A DNA stretch of 58,427 nt, counting the filler, from Sphacelaria rigidula (taxonomy: Eukaryota), in NCBI GenBank assembly GCA_964200075.2. It is 7 parts of 7 records of this genome, joined end to end, with 100 filler letters (N's around TTAATTAATTAA, not from the genome) between each part and the next. Parts side by side here need not be neighbours in the genome. Positions count along the whole stretch, not along the records: positions 8,363 to 16,623 come from CAXNAA020011737.1; positions 16,724 to 24,984 come from CAXNAA020011738.1; positions 25,085 to 33,345 come from CAXNAA020011739.1; 4 more parts are not named here. One strand, given 5' to 3'. The notes beneath the pieces are model-generated. The model did no database searches. It had not been told where the DNA came from and saw only the letters and a list, made by a program, of their open reading frames with translations. This document shows, one piece after another, positions 13,084-25,235 of this stretch (its first letter is position 1; the number at the start of each line of letters is the position of its first letter). The translations under genes were made by a program, and so were the position numbers.

Positions 13084-13992
13084 CTGCACTTTTTGTACTC
13101 AAACTAGTACATTATCTGCGCACGATTTTTTTTCCACGCTCTGTCAGCACACGATCTTTTGTTTGTTGTTGTTACATCTGAGTTTCTTTGTTGCCGTAGC
13201 TTGCCACTGAGGCCCTCGATACCCCTGAGTAGGATACCAACGTGTAGCTGTAAGCACATGGCAGTGATGAGACGATAAAAAGCACACACGGAATAAAAAA
13301 TTGGCCAAGTTCAAGCGAATGATCAAAGTCACTCTTAATCCGCACCCAACTCTCAAACTCACGAAAACCTTCTTCTGACTAGTCCAGTATTGCCCAGATT
13401 GACCTCTGAGCGAAGATCAGTCGCATAACTAACCAGATCATCCGAGTATGCAGGTCTGATGGTCCTATGTCTTGTCCGTTGTGCCCATGCATTGTCTCGG
13501 TGGACTGAAATACTCGTTTTCGCCCATTTAACCACCGCTACGCCACGAATCCAGCGGTGTTCACAAGAATACTACACGTCCCCAGATCGCGCACCCTATT
13601 TGATACAAAGTGTCGTAGGGGATCGCAACAAGGGCGCGTGCACACGCTGTCCGTGCCGTGTACACCGTATTGTACTGCTTACAACATTTTCCTCAGATTG
13701 GCAATGAATGTATAGCTCTCTCGAGATTGAGATGTGGATAGTATGATGTTTGTCCTTCTTAGAGGTATCTCAAACTCGGTTCCCGGTTTCCCGGTTTGTT
13801 TTGTTCTATTTTTTTCATGAGAAAGTGATGGCGGTTCATCAGATGATGAGACCCTTTGACCGTCAGGTCAGGTCCTGGTATGAATCGCCATCACTTCCCA
13901 TTGAAAAAGCAGTCCAAAACCCAGAGCCAGCGAATAAACCAGGAAGCCGAGAACCGAGTTTGAGATACCCCTATTATTGGATGAAACACTGA

Positions 13993-14181
13993 GGGCGTGC
14001 CTTCGCACATTATGTTTCGATCGAAAATGTGCGGTGGAAATGGAAAACTCCGATCTGATAGGTTGCGATTTCAACTATCGTGGTTTCTTTTGAAAATGGT
14101 TGAAATCACGACTTATCAGATCAGGATGTTTGTTTTCCACCGCACAGGTTTTATCGAAAACTAATGTGCCGAGACACGGCC
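13993..14181. mobile_element. Foldback MITE, PIF/Harbinger-like
   Basis: About 85-bp imperfect inverted arms (GCACATTATGTTTCGAT...TGTGCGGTGGAAA...ATCTGATA...GATTTCAAC and its reverse complement); GG...CC termini; flanks TGA and AGA. Confidence 0.65.
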
Positions 14182-14370
14182 AGACATTTGCCAGGTGTCG
14201 TAATGACAACTCAACAGATCGTGAGACTATATAAATGTTTTTTTTCGCAACGGGAAGCGTTTATTGATTTACACCAAGACGGTCGAATCGTCCGAAACCG
14301 CCGTTACAGCCTCGATAGCCGGTGATCTGACAGAAATTGTGGTGCAAAACATTCAAAATCGAGGTGGTCA

Positions 14371-14852
14371 GGCCGGATGTTATGGTACACAGATTTTTGG
14401 CCCACAGATTGTTCACTTTTGGGACGTTTGACCCACCTCTTGACCCCCAAACCAAGAAAACTGCCAACACACGTCTCGGACACTTTTCATCACCCCACAA
14501 AGAGGAGCCTAGTCTGCTTTTCAGATTCGCTTGGCTCCAAGGTTGTGAGATTGACCGCTGAACAAAAATCCGTGCGCCAAAATCTGTGCTTGCCTATCCA
14601 CAGATTTTTGGGCAAACTGGCGGGGGTCGGCAAGCACAGATTTTTTCGCACGGATTTTTGTTCAGCGTCCAATCTCGAAACCTCGGAGCCAAGGGAATCT
14701 GAAAAGCAGACTAGGCTCCTCTTTGTCGAGTGATGCAACGTGTCCGAGACGTGTGTTGGCGGTTTTCCCTGTTTGGGGGTCAAAAGGTGGGTCAACCGTC
14801 CCAAAAGTGAACAATTTGTGGGCCAAAAATCTGTTTGCCATAACATCCGGTC
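14371..14852. mobile_element. Long foldback MITE, PIF/Harbinger-like, 3-bp TSD TCA
   Basis: About 220-bp inverted arms with a ~34-nt spacer (14595-14628); termini GGCCGGATGTTATGG / CCATAACATCCGGTC; TCA at 14368-14370 and 14853-14855. ORFs 14377+ and 14490- mirror each other. Confidence 0.85.
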
Positions 14853-15024
14853 TCAGTCCCAATATCAAAATATTCTCATACCAGATACAAAGCTGGGTCA
14901 CATGCACAGGAACAGAATGTTTCCATGTTTCGACACTAAACATTCCGACCAAAATTGGAGAGGGGTGCTACGAAAGTTAGCGTACACGTTCAGACGAAGA
15001 GCACCCAAAATTTGACAACTCTAT

Positions 15025-16488
15025 TCACATGTCTGAATTCGATCTCCAAGCACGTGTCGATGTGGCAACCATCACATGCGATTCTGGCCACCGTGCAACG
15101 GAATGCAGTATCGTCAAGGACGAAGAAGTAGCGCTTCCATTTTGCTCGTCGTCCCTGTGCCAAAAGGGTCCCGTCGTGGTATCCGCGGCTACCAGCTCTC
15201 CTTGCTGGCGCTGCGCCTGCATGAGCAACAGATGCCCAGGCAGATTTTCCACAGCCACGCAGGTGGCGGCTAAAGTACTCATCATATGGACGCCGACCCC
15301 GTAACACTCGTCGTGGGCCGAAAATCGCAGTTGTCCCAACAAATCGTACCAGTCCTCAATGCAAGGGACATGAGATGTTTCCAACCTCCACTTCATGTAA
15401 CACTGCTCCCGCTTGTATCGCATGCACTCTGTCATGCAGAGTCCGTCGGCGGCGACGTAGTCAATGACAGCCACAGGCGTTCCGTCCGTTTTCAACACCT
15501 GGGCTAAATGCAAGTAGTGCATTGCTCTAAATCCCCAGCCTGAAACCTTCTTCATGAGGTTTTGCGCGAGCAAATACAGCCTCCGAATCAGCCCCTTCCT
15601 GTTCCTCGTCTTCTTGCGCAACGCCTTTTCCCGCTGCGTCGATCCATGTGTTGTTGCGCTGGCGCGGGATATCGCCGATCCCCATTGAACTACGCCCCGG
15701 CGTTCCCCTTGTGCCGTACCACCACCAGACCCGTCCGAGGTGCCCCCCAAACCCGCCTCATCATCCCGCGCCGCCGACATGGTGACACCATCCGCCCTGG
15801 CGGTGCGAGGCACATGTATGGAGTCCCTTGCCCACCACTCCTTGCGTCCTCCACGGTCGGGAAAGCGAGTCCGGATCATCACTCGACACATTCAAACGGC
15901 ACCGACTGCTCAGCAATGCCATCAGTGTCGGCGGCGTATCATCCGTCAGGAATTGATTCATGGGTCAAATATTCCTCGATATGTCAGCTGCGTACTTCTG
16001 GTCCCTATCCCTATCCCCCGATACATCCCGCAGTTCTTGTGCATCTTCGATATCCATCCTGGCGATAGACCCAGCCGCTATGACCACGGCCCATTTCTCC
16101 TCCGCTGAACCGCCAGCTGTCAACCACTTGAGCGTGGGGTCGACCGGCTGACCACTCTTGATCTGGGCGATGAAACGGGAGACGGAACGCCCCAGTTCTC
16201 GTACCCTACCACGTATGTTGCAAAGTTCAACGTCGGCCCAAATGGCTACCTCGGGCGCCACCATGGAGGAACGAGATGGATGTACTTGCGCCGTCCATCG
16301 CATGCAGTCCCCTCGAACCTGCTTACCTTCTCAAGATTGGCGTCGACTGCGCCGGACGCCGCCACCGCATCAAAAATTCCCAGCGCTTGCTCCCTGGTGC
16401 TCTTGCCTGGAACAGCACGGGCGTTTACTGAGGTTCTGGCTTCAGTTTGCCGGGATTGAACATCCTCCAGCCTCATGACGCGCCCCAC
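15025..16488 (-). pseudogene. Degenerate coding region of unknown function, possibly transposon-derived
   Basis: Consecutive protein-like minus-strand ORFs (16488-16246, 16303-15965, 15961-15761, 15891-15025) broken by stops and frameshifts, with a Cys/His-rich stretch. Confidence 0.4.
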
Positions 16489-16726
16489 CTCACGGCAGGG
16501 GGCATCACAGACTGGAATACGCTATTCCCCGCCCCAAATCCCCGAAAACCTTTTTCTGGGCGCGGGGTGGGGGGGGAGGGGGGGTACCCCATTTTGGATG
16601 GGTAGGTACCCCGCTGATCAGATNNNNNNNNNNNNNNNNNNNNNNNNNNNNNNNNNNNNNNNNNNNNTTAATTAATTAANNNNNNNNNNNNNNNNNNNNN
16701 NNNNNNNNNNNNNNNNNNNNNNNCTC

Positions 16727-16814
16727 AGACCGCGAGGTTAGTCTTTATGGACCATGCATACTTATTTTCACTTGAAATTGATGCCGATTCAACAGAAGAC
16801 TAACCTCGCGGTCT
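16727..16814. repeat. Short inverted repeat or mini-MITE
   Basis: Perfect 19-bp inverted repeat AGACCGCGAGGTTAGTCTT (16727-16745) and AAGACTAACCTCGCGGTCT (16796-16814). Confidence 0.75.
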
Positions 16815-16941
16815 AGGGGTCAAGGGGCAAAAATAATCTTCCATTTTTCACACCAAAACAACAACCTCAACTCGCGAAAAAAAACTTGGTGTCTTGCAAT
16901 TTTTCTCTAGTGATGTCCTTGCGGTTCTCCACACCACAATG

Positions 16942-17258
16942 AACAGTGTTTTCGTGAGATTGAGGGTAGATGATACGATTGAGAGTGAAAAGCGGTCAAT
17001 CAGTGAATNNNNNNNNNNAGCGTTTCAGTCCCGAACTGCACTTCCACGACGCCCAACATGCTTTCTGCAATATTAGCTGGCCACTGAGGCCCTTGATATC
17101 CCTGGGTAGGATATCGACGTGTAGCTGTAAGCACACACAAGTGATATGGAGGTGAAGCAAAGAAAGCACACGTGGAATAAAAAAATGACTCACTTAAAGC
17201 GAATGATCAAAGTCACTCTCAATCGAAGATCTACTCTCAATCTCACGAAAACGTTGTT
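16942..17258. mobile_element. Short empty copy of the AACAAC-TIR element, 4-bp TSD AATG
   Basis: TIRs AACAGTGTTTTCGTGAGATTGAGGGTAGAT / ATCTACTCTCAATCTCACGAAAACGTTGTT; AATG at 16938-16941 and 17259-17262. Confidence 0.82.
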
Positions 17259-19033
17259 AATGCCGAAGCACAACTCCCGAAATTTTGCTCCTGAATCCAC
17301 ATCCACAGGTTGGGCCAGCCTAAAAACGGAGCTGCACGCTGTAGTCACTTAGCATCTCAGTCTTGAGAGTTGTGCCTGAATTTTCGTGTAGAGAATCACA
17401 AGGGCGTACTAAAATATAATATTGAAGACGTTGATTTTCATTTTTAATGGGCCGGCGGTTTTCACGAAAACGTCCTTGACTCAAGAAACAAGAAATCTCG
17501 ACGCCTGGATCTTTTTTAACCGTGTCCTTGCTGTTTTCCATACCAAATTTCGAATCACACCTCTCGAAACTGAGCTGCTAAATTTTGAATTAAAGTGTCA
17601 AATGAGTTACGGGTAAATGACAAGATCGATTTTTCACAGCGACGTCCATAACCCATGAAAAAATCTCCGCGTGCCGAATTCACTTTTGTATCTTGCCCTT
17701 GTCATACTCCATACAGTACCAAATTCAAAGCACGCCCCTCCAACTCGTGACGCGAAATCCAGATTTGGTGCATCCAGTGCCTCTCCTCGTAATATCTTGA
17801 GTTTAGTGTGTGCTAGAAAAAGGCCATCTCTCTCGACAGATAACGAACTAGGCGGAGGCGAGGGTATCAGTCGTTTCCCCGTGCCCCAAGGAATGATTAC
17901 ACCAAAAAGTTAGCGCCATCCGCTTCATAGATACCTTTCGGGGTTTCGTATATACTTTGGTATCGAGATATTACCATATACGTCACGGGGTTTACTTGGC
18001 ATGGCGTTCAATCAACGATAAATACTTTGACCGGTCTATTGAGTAGAAGAAGCTCATCTACCCCTGGATTAGGCGATTGACCGGGTGTGCGGATCACGGC
18101 CCAATCCGACTGCCCCGATAAGATATGTATGTGTCAGCTAAAGCCTGTTTTTAGATTGGTCCAGCTCGTACTGTAGTACTTGGATGTGACATCAACCATT
18201 GCTTGCCACATCGCATTATAGATGAAGAAGTAGATTCACGCCAACTCGTCGCCCACATTGATGCCTCCCTCCCCCGCGCCCCGCTGCCTGTCGATCTATA
18301 ATACGTACAGTAGTAAAAATGTTTTGAGGCCTTGACTGCCAGGGGTCTTCCAACACGCCGCCGGTCACGCCGCCGAAGGATAACTCTTCTTTTATTTGCT
18401 GATTAGGTGTCTTTGTGGATCTTGATGAACGCAACGCAGAAGCCATCTCTCAGAATTTCAGGTGTTCTTGTTGATTCTTGACGGAATCGAGTGGAGTTTT
18501 CAAAAACCTCCAGGCTTTTTCGGAATAACTCCCGCGGGCGTAGTGCTCTAACGGGCTAAGCTGCATAAAATAGGGTCCATATTGTACGTTTTTTTTCGAT
18601 TTTACAAACGTGGAAATGTGAGCAGATAGCATTCTTCGCTGTCTGCTCGATACCCGAGTTCGCAATGTGCAGGTACATGATGGGTGTACCGTCTTCATTC
18701 GTTCCGCCCTTTCCTGCAGTACAGCATGTAGGACTTAAGATACCTCTGATGTACGCTTGATATTTTCAGGAAATGGACAAACGAAAACTGGAACACTCGG
18801 GATGGAATTTCCATGTCCTCACAAGAGCAACTTGTGACTGCCTGAGCGCACGGCACGGTCTATCTCGCCACGTTTCAATGTAATCGTCTATCTGTTATAC
18901 AAAAGTGGGGGGGTCAGTTAAAGTGCGACAATCAATCAATCAATCGATCGATCGATCAATCATTCTCGAGTACACATGCCCACTATTATCTCGATGTTCT
19001 TGTGTGTTCATTTTGCTCATAACGACGGTCCAG

Positions 19034-22000
19034 GGCGAGCCAGCTGAAATCGGGATACCTCATCATCGCCATCCGCTATGCCATCCTGGCTCTGTACGGT
19101 CTACCGCCGAAGGGCGCCGGGAGGGCCATGGCGACCGCCGTTGCGGAAAAGGCCGTCGCCGACGTGATCAGCAAGGACAGCAGGAAGAATACGCGCGGAA
19201 GGGCGGCAGCAGCAGCGGCCGCAGCGGCCGCGGCATCGGCAACTGCCGCAGCGGCGGTGGCAGCAGCGCAGGGACGGCAACGAGAGAGCCGCAGAGCGGC
19301 ACAGCGGGCACGGGTGCCGATGACAATTGAGCAGGCGAAGAAGCAGCCCAAAGAGTTCACCCCGCCGTCAGAGCCCGCCCTTTCCGATAAGCTCCGCATC
19401 TGGCTGCAAGGGTGGGCCGGCACAGCACTCAAGACGGGCACAGCCACGGATGTGATCGTCGCGATTCGACACGGAGCTTACTGTTTGCCAGAGCCCTTGC
19501 AAGAGGCCTACCGCGTGCTTGAAAATGCAGTTCAACAAGACGCGTGGCGCTACAGCAGCGACCTAGCAGTCGTCGAGGGAAAACTTCGTTTGCCTACTTT
19601 CGGTACATGCGGGACCTGCGCCACCTCCGCAAAGAGGTTGGCAGGCAAGCAGCACTCGAGATCGATTCAGGCGGCGGCGGTGGGGGTGAGGAAGGAAGAA
19701 GCTTATGAGGCGCTGGTGGAGGCAAGGCGCGCAGTGTCCCGAGGCCAGCAACCTCCGCTCCCTACCCGTCACCAATGCGTTCTTAACCGTAAGCGAGTGG
19801 AAAAAATGGCACGACAGGTCGGAAAGGACCAGCAGATTGAGTCTAGCAGCAGGAGGTTCGCCGCCGATGGGGTGGAAGCCATTCGTGCCACCTCCGCGGG
19901 CAGGGTCCATATCGGGAGCCGCGGCGGCGACGAGCAGGAAATGCGGTCCCTGGCTAGCTCCACTAGCATTCGAAATATGTCTCCCAGGACGAGCAAGCGG
20001 CAGCTGAGACCGCGAGCGGCCCCCGCTCAACCAATTCCGCAGCGCGAAGCTACACCCATCGAGAAGGAGAAGCCAATGTGGTCCCCGGCTAGCTCCACTA
20101 TCTTTCCAGATGTGTCTCCCACGGCAGTCAAACATAATCTGAGGAGGCAACCGGCTCCCGCTCAACCAACCCCACAGCTTGAAGTTGCACCCCTCCAGAA
20201 GGAGCAGGAAATGTGGTCCCCAGCTAGCTCCACTATCTTTCCAGATATATCTCCCGCAACGGGCAAGCGACAGCTGAGACGGCAACCGGTCCCCGCTCGA
20301 CCGACTCCGCAGCGCCAAGTTGCATCCGTTGAGGGGAAACAGCCGAGTTTGAAGGCACAAGGTGGTCAGCTCGACCAGATCTTCGATCAAAAGCAGCACC
20401 ACCACCAACAGCACGAAGCATCAGAGCTAGAGAAACAAGGGCATACGCCGCGACCTGCTGCTCTTGACATTGCCGTGCGCAGCTTCAGCCAGGCGAGCGT
20501 CGCGAGGGCGGGCGGAGGTGGCGCCGGCGTCGGCCGTTGCGGTGGCGGCGCAGGTGTATTCGGTTCGCGCGGCAAGATCTTGCGCTTTGTGGAGCCGCAA
20601 CGACGTGAGTTGAACGAGCGAGAAGAAGTGGAAACGACGGTGCCGCTGCCACCGCATCCGCCGCCGCCGCCCCAGCAGCAGCAGCAACAAGGCGTGGAAC
20701 GAGAGAGAGGGGACTATGTACCGCAGGCTTCAATAGGTATTGCAGTGTGCCCGCCGAGCCCGGCGGGCGTTGGGGGCACCGATGAAGATGAGAGGGGCGA
20801 CGGTGGTACTGACAAGCGGGCCGTATCTAGAGCAGCTTGCGAGTTTTCGGTGGCGGGGGCGGCGGCCGGCGGCGACGATACGCTCGACCCTGCTGTTTCG
20901 TCTGAGCGATCCTTCTCGTCGCGCGCTCCCTTGAGCTCGGCAAGCAACGCGTCAATTGTCTCGCAGACAGCCACAGCTGTCGGCCGCTGTGATGATGGCG
21001 GAGGAGTGTCCAATCTAAGTAGCGATGCCATGAGGTTTGAGGGACCTTGGCAACGTTTGTACAGGAAACAAGCAAAGGTTCAGTCATCCCCGCTGCCGCC
21101 GCATCAGCAGCAGCAGCAGCCGAAGCCAGCAGAAGAGCTAGAAGCATCACCATATTCTTTTGGCGTGGCCATGCGTAGCTCGAGCCGGGGGAGCGTAGCG
21201 GGTGCCGACGAAGGTGGCGCTGACATACCACACGGACCAACTTCCATGCCTTTGGCAGCGGGGGCGAGGGCTGGCTGCAACGATACGCCCGATCCTGATA
21301 TTTTTCCGGAGCGGTCCTCCTCTTCGCGCGCTCCGTTGGTCCCCGCGAGGAATGTGGGCAACAGGCTGCCGATGTCTAGCGGTGGCGGTGGCGGCGGGTT
21401 GTCCGGGGTGCCAAGCGATGTCATGCACTTCGTGGAGCCGGTGCGGAGTGAGGAGCTCAAAGCAGGAAATGTGGTCACCACGACGGAGACGCCGACGGAG
21501 CAGCAGCGGCGACAGCCCAGCGCGATGAACGGACAGTCGGGAAGGGAGGGACCGGGCGGGGAGGACACGCTTCTGGTGAAGAAGCTTCGGCAACAAGTGC
21601 AGCAACTTGAGAAGGAGAACGCCAAGGTACCTCCGAGGGTATTGCTTGAGGTTTTGAGTCCATCTAGAAACGCAACAGCGTCGGGGGGCGGGCTTTGTAA
21701 ATATTTCAAGAATTGGCGGCTGCCGAGGAGTTGCGTGGTGGCGGGGCACGAAGGTGTACGCCCCCTGCTGCTTCGTGGATATAAATACGCATCCGCTTGC
21801 CATCGGTATTTGCATCATACGCCGCTGACTATGATATATGTTTCCATCCGAAGCAGGGGGGGGGGCAGTGCGGAGAAAATTTTCGGACACGTAGGCCCCC
21901 CTCCCCCTCCTGGAGGGCATTTTTTCGAAAATTGTCACAATTTTTTTTCGATTTTTTAACCGCCAAGTTCATCGTACCGCGCAGATATCGGAACGGCTTT

Positions 22001-23763
22001 TAATGTGAAGACAACAACAACAACAACAAGTTCATCGCAAGGAATTGATCAATAAACACTGTTTCGATATTTTCTGTTAATTTTGTCACAAGAAATTGAT
22101 AAAAAAAACGCTGATAAAAACCAAAAAGTCTACTGGGCTTTGTGGGGTTCGTATATCTGCTTGTGCCTCTTGCCCGTTCTGTCCCGATGACCTCAGATGC
22201 CGGAGGTCATTTTTTTCGACAATTGAAATTATTCTGATTTTAAAAATATATTTTTTGTTAACTTTGTGGCCAGAAATTGATGAATATTCATATATGTAAT
22301 TATATACAATATATAAATATATAGTATATATCGTAGTTGCATAGTATCGATGTGAACGGCCGAATCGATAGTTGCGTGGGTGATAAACCCACCCGTCCGA
22401 CCAGAAAATAATATGTACCTTTACCCAACACTGGATGGTGTTCGACTCATGGTGGTTGACTCCTGATTACACATCATTTTCCTGGCAACAGCAGTCCAGA
22501 TAATCACCTCACCTCTATATTTCGCTCCGCCGATAGTGCTGCTCGGGGTTTTCATTTCGGATTTTCCACTAACATGACGTGGATACTTACCTTCTTCCTG
22601 TCGTACCTGTTGCAGTTTTTCCCGCGTGCGTGGTGAGTTCTCCGCCTGGGTATCACCAACTCCAACAATGCTTGGGATCTCAGCCTTGAGCTGTTTTTTT
22701 CCATTTCAATCATGCTCACACCGGCCCTTCTAACCTATCGTATCTCCCGTCCTCGACCGCCGGTTGTTCACTCGTTTTGAAGCTCTTGGCTGACAACAGC
22801 GCACAGGCGAAGGACCTGAAGGCAGCGGCGCTAGCGGTGGGTATGGCTATCATCCAACGATACCGCGGCCTGCCTGGGGATAGACATGCCTCCCTCACGG
22901 CATCCACATACAGCATGGACGAGAGAGCGAAGGCTAGCGCCGCGTTTGCTCCAAGGGCAACTTGGGCCCGAATCGCGGCTCAGGCAGGGGTGGAGTTTTG
23001 TCTGGCAAGGCAAGCGGAACGAGCCTTCAAGGGAGAAGATCTAGAAGAGTTGGAAAGAGGGTATGACGAGGAGGGTGGCGGAGGTGTGGAAGGTAGGTCG
23101 CCGAGTTGGGAGAGGACGGCGGGGAGTGATGTGGGTAGCAGCGGGAGCGGTGGTGACACGCAGCAGGAATATCAAGCGGGAGATAGGCAGCGAGAAACGT
23201 ACACGGAGCTAGAGAACGGCGAAGGTTTGGTGCAGGAGGGCGAAGCTTCTGGCGTTCAAGACGAGATGGCCGTTGATGATGATGAGTGGGTGGGGCAAGA
23301 GAGCGAGGGACGTTCGGTGCAGCTGAAGGCAAACGCCGCTGAAGCTCAGGACGAGAACCGGCTTAGCTTTGACAAGTTTTGGGAATCGGATAGCGAGGAA
23401 GATTCTATTCAGCAAGAAGAGGATACCTCCGGCATTCGGGGTCAAGACAACGCTCGATACGGCGAATGGCCTTCGGTCAGGTATTCACATGCGAAAGGGA
23501 ACAGCGCGTACAGCAACGACGGTAAGCGGATGGAGATCGGGGAGATCAACTGTGATCACGAGACGATTGGCTCCAAGGGTACCGCAGGAGAGGATGACAC
23601 TATGTCTAGGCCGTCGGTGTCGGGGGGTGGGGGTTCAAGAGATGGGTCCATGCTGGAGGAGGGTGGTGGTGCGAGTTCGATTACTCTGTCGGGTCCGCAA
23701 GATAGATTTCACTTCGAGGAGATGTCGGTTCTGGAAGATGAATTCCGCTTCGAGGAAATGTAG
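19034..23763 (+). CDS. Large low-complexity, internally repeated protein of unknown function; exons 19034-21626 (first in-frame ATG 19128) and 22783-23763
   Basis: Long open frames. Donor GCCAAG|GTACCT at 21626 and acceptor TTTTGAAG|CTC at 22783 join in phase into a continuous coiled coil (KKLRQQVQQLEKENAK|LLADNSAQAKDLK). The frame stays open upstream of the ATG to a CAG acceptor at 19031-19033; stop TAG ends at 23763. Confidence 0.7.
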
Positions 23764-24894
23764 TGTGGTGATTGCAGATTGTAGCTCTAATTCAACAGCA
23801 GCAGTTCATGGCCCGCAAGAAACACGGCTGGCCCGTTTCCCTGTCAGCGTGCATTTTTTCTTTGTTTTTCTTTGTCACACTTCATGCACTTCATGCATTC
23901 CCTTTCCTCGGGAGTGGTCCCAATATAGGTATCAAGTCATAACTTCCCCGGTAGCTGCCTGACATATTGTCACGGAGGATTTTGATCAGCACTCTACACT
24001 CCGTCGCCCCTCATGTTTTTTTTTTTCCTATCCACATGCTTACGATTTCAACGGCGGAAATGAGATTATGCTTGAGAATACATGATGTGTTGGGTTGGGT
24101 TGGGGCATGTCCGAATCGCGAATAGTTCAATGGCCCGGGAAGGCGGGGGATATACATTAATATTTAGAAATACAGTACACGGTCATTTCGTGAAAGCTCC
24201 GATAAGTCAACTTGGCCAGTTCCGACCGTTGGAGTGTTTCTTCCAGGGGATGGGTGATGGTACAATGACTCCGTGGTCGATTCTCGTGCGCGCTAGTAAG
24301 TTGGATAGGATGTTCGCGACCCACGGCTGAATAAGATACAAGAAAAAGAAATATGTTCGAGGAAGTAGTAGATAGTTAGGGTAGTCTAAGTAGAGAGCTA
24401 GTGAAGTTGGCTCCGCTCAGCTGGAGTCGTTGTCTGATGGAATCAGAGATAGTTCAGCTGTGCCAGCTTCAACCTGCAGTGTATTATTGGCAGTAGTGCA
24501 TATACGGTCAAGGCGTCCGAGGGGGGGTGGGGCGATGTGATTGAGTGATCAAGGGATGAGTAAGGGGGGAGGAAATGAGTTCGTACAGGGAATGTGATGG
24601 TATACGGAGGGGAGGAGGGGGGGGGGGGCAGACGGTGCGCTTGCATGGGCAAGAAATGAAAGAGAGAGAGAGAAGGGTGCCTGCCAGGAAACTGATGGCG
24701 TACGGAGGGCGGGGTGGTGGGGGGTATGACTTCACGGGCAAGGAATGAGGGAGAGGGGGAAAGGGTACGTGCACAAAATATCATGACGTATAACGGGAAG
24801 GATGGAGGGGAGGCGGGGCAATGCAATTGCATATGCAAGGGACGGAGGACAGGGGGCGAGAGGGGCACATGTCGGGAATGTGATGGCGTACGGA

Positions 24895-24984
24895 TGGGGG
24901 GGGGGGGGGGGGGGGGGCGGGGGGGCGGGGGGGGGGGGGGGGGGGGGGGGGGCGGCGGGCCGGGGGGGGGGGGGGTGGCGGGGG
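24895..24984. repeat. Poly-G low-complexity tract at contig end
   Basis: Directly visible; the poly-Gly ORFs here are artefacts. Confidence 0.9.
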
Positions 24985-25084
24985 NNNNNNNNNNNNNNNN
25001 NNNNNNNNNNNNNNNNNNNNNNNNNNNNTTAATTAATTAANNNNNNNNNNNNNNNNNNNNNNNNNNNNNNNNNNNNNNNNNNNN

Positions 25085-25222
25085 TACTACAGATAAACAA
25101 AAAAGGAAAAAACTCCTGTGTTGACCTTCTTTCTGTGTGACCCCGGCTGATGCGCCCACATATCCCGGAAGGGGTAGACTAGCGCCCAGAATAATGGGAC
25201 GACAACACACACACACACACAC
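25085..25222 (+). mobile_element. SINE 3' half with (CA)n tail
   Basis: CTGTGTTGACCTTC...TGTGACCCCGGCTG...CCAGAATAATGGGACGACAACACAC matches 30430-30556. Confidence 0.78.
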
Positions 25223-25235
25223 GCACGATTTGTAC

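Larger units (their letters stand above)
11841..13374. mobile_element. TIR DNA element with 4-bp TSD (CTGA) carrying KDZ transposase remnants
   Basis: Left AACAACGTTTTCGTGAAATTGAGAGTT, right AACTCTCAAACTCACGAAAACCTTCTT; CTGA at 11837-11840 and 13375-13378. Both arms match the short copy at 16942-17258. Confidence 0.8.

Noticed and set aside
14850-15160. AlkB-like motif pair WHRD ... WKHSVP in one minus-strand frame
   Set aside because: Three stops separate the motifs, the expected RxxxxxR is absent, and the second motif lies in repeat-like non-coding DNA.
14990-15307. PH-domain-like peptide GTLLAQGRRAKWKRYFFVL
   Set aside because: It is an alternative frame of the longer 15025-15891 ORF, with no splice support and no remainder of a PH domain.
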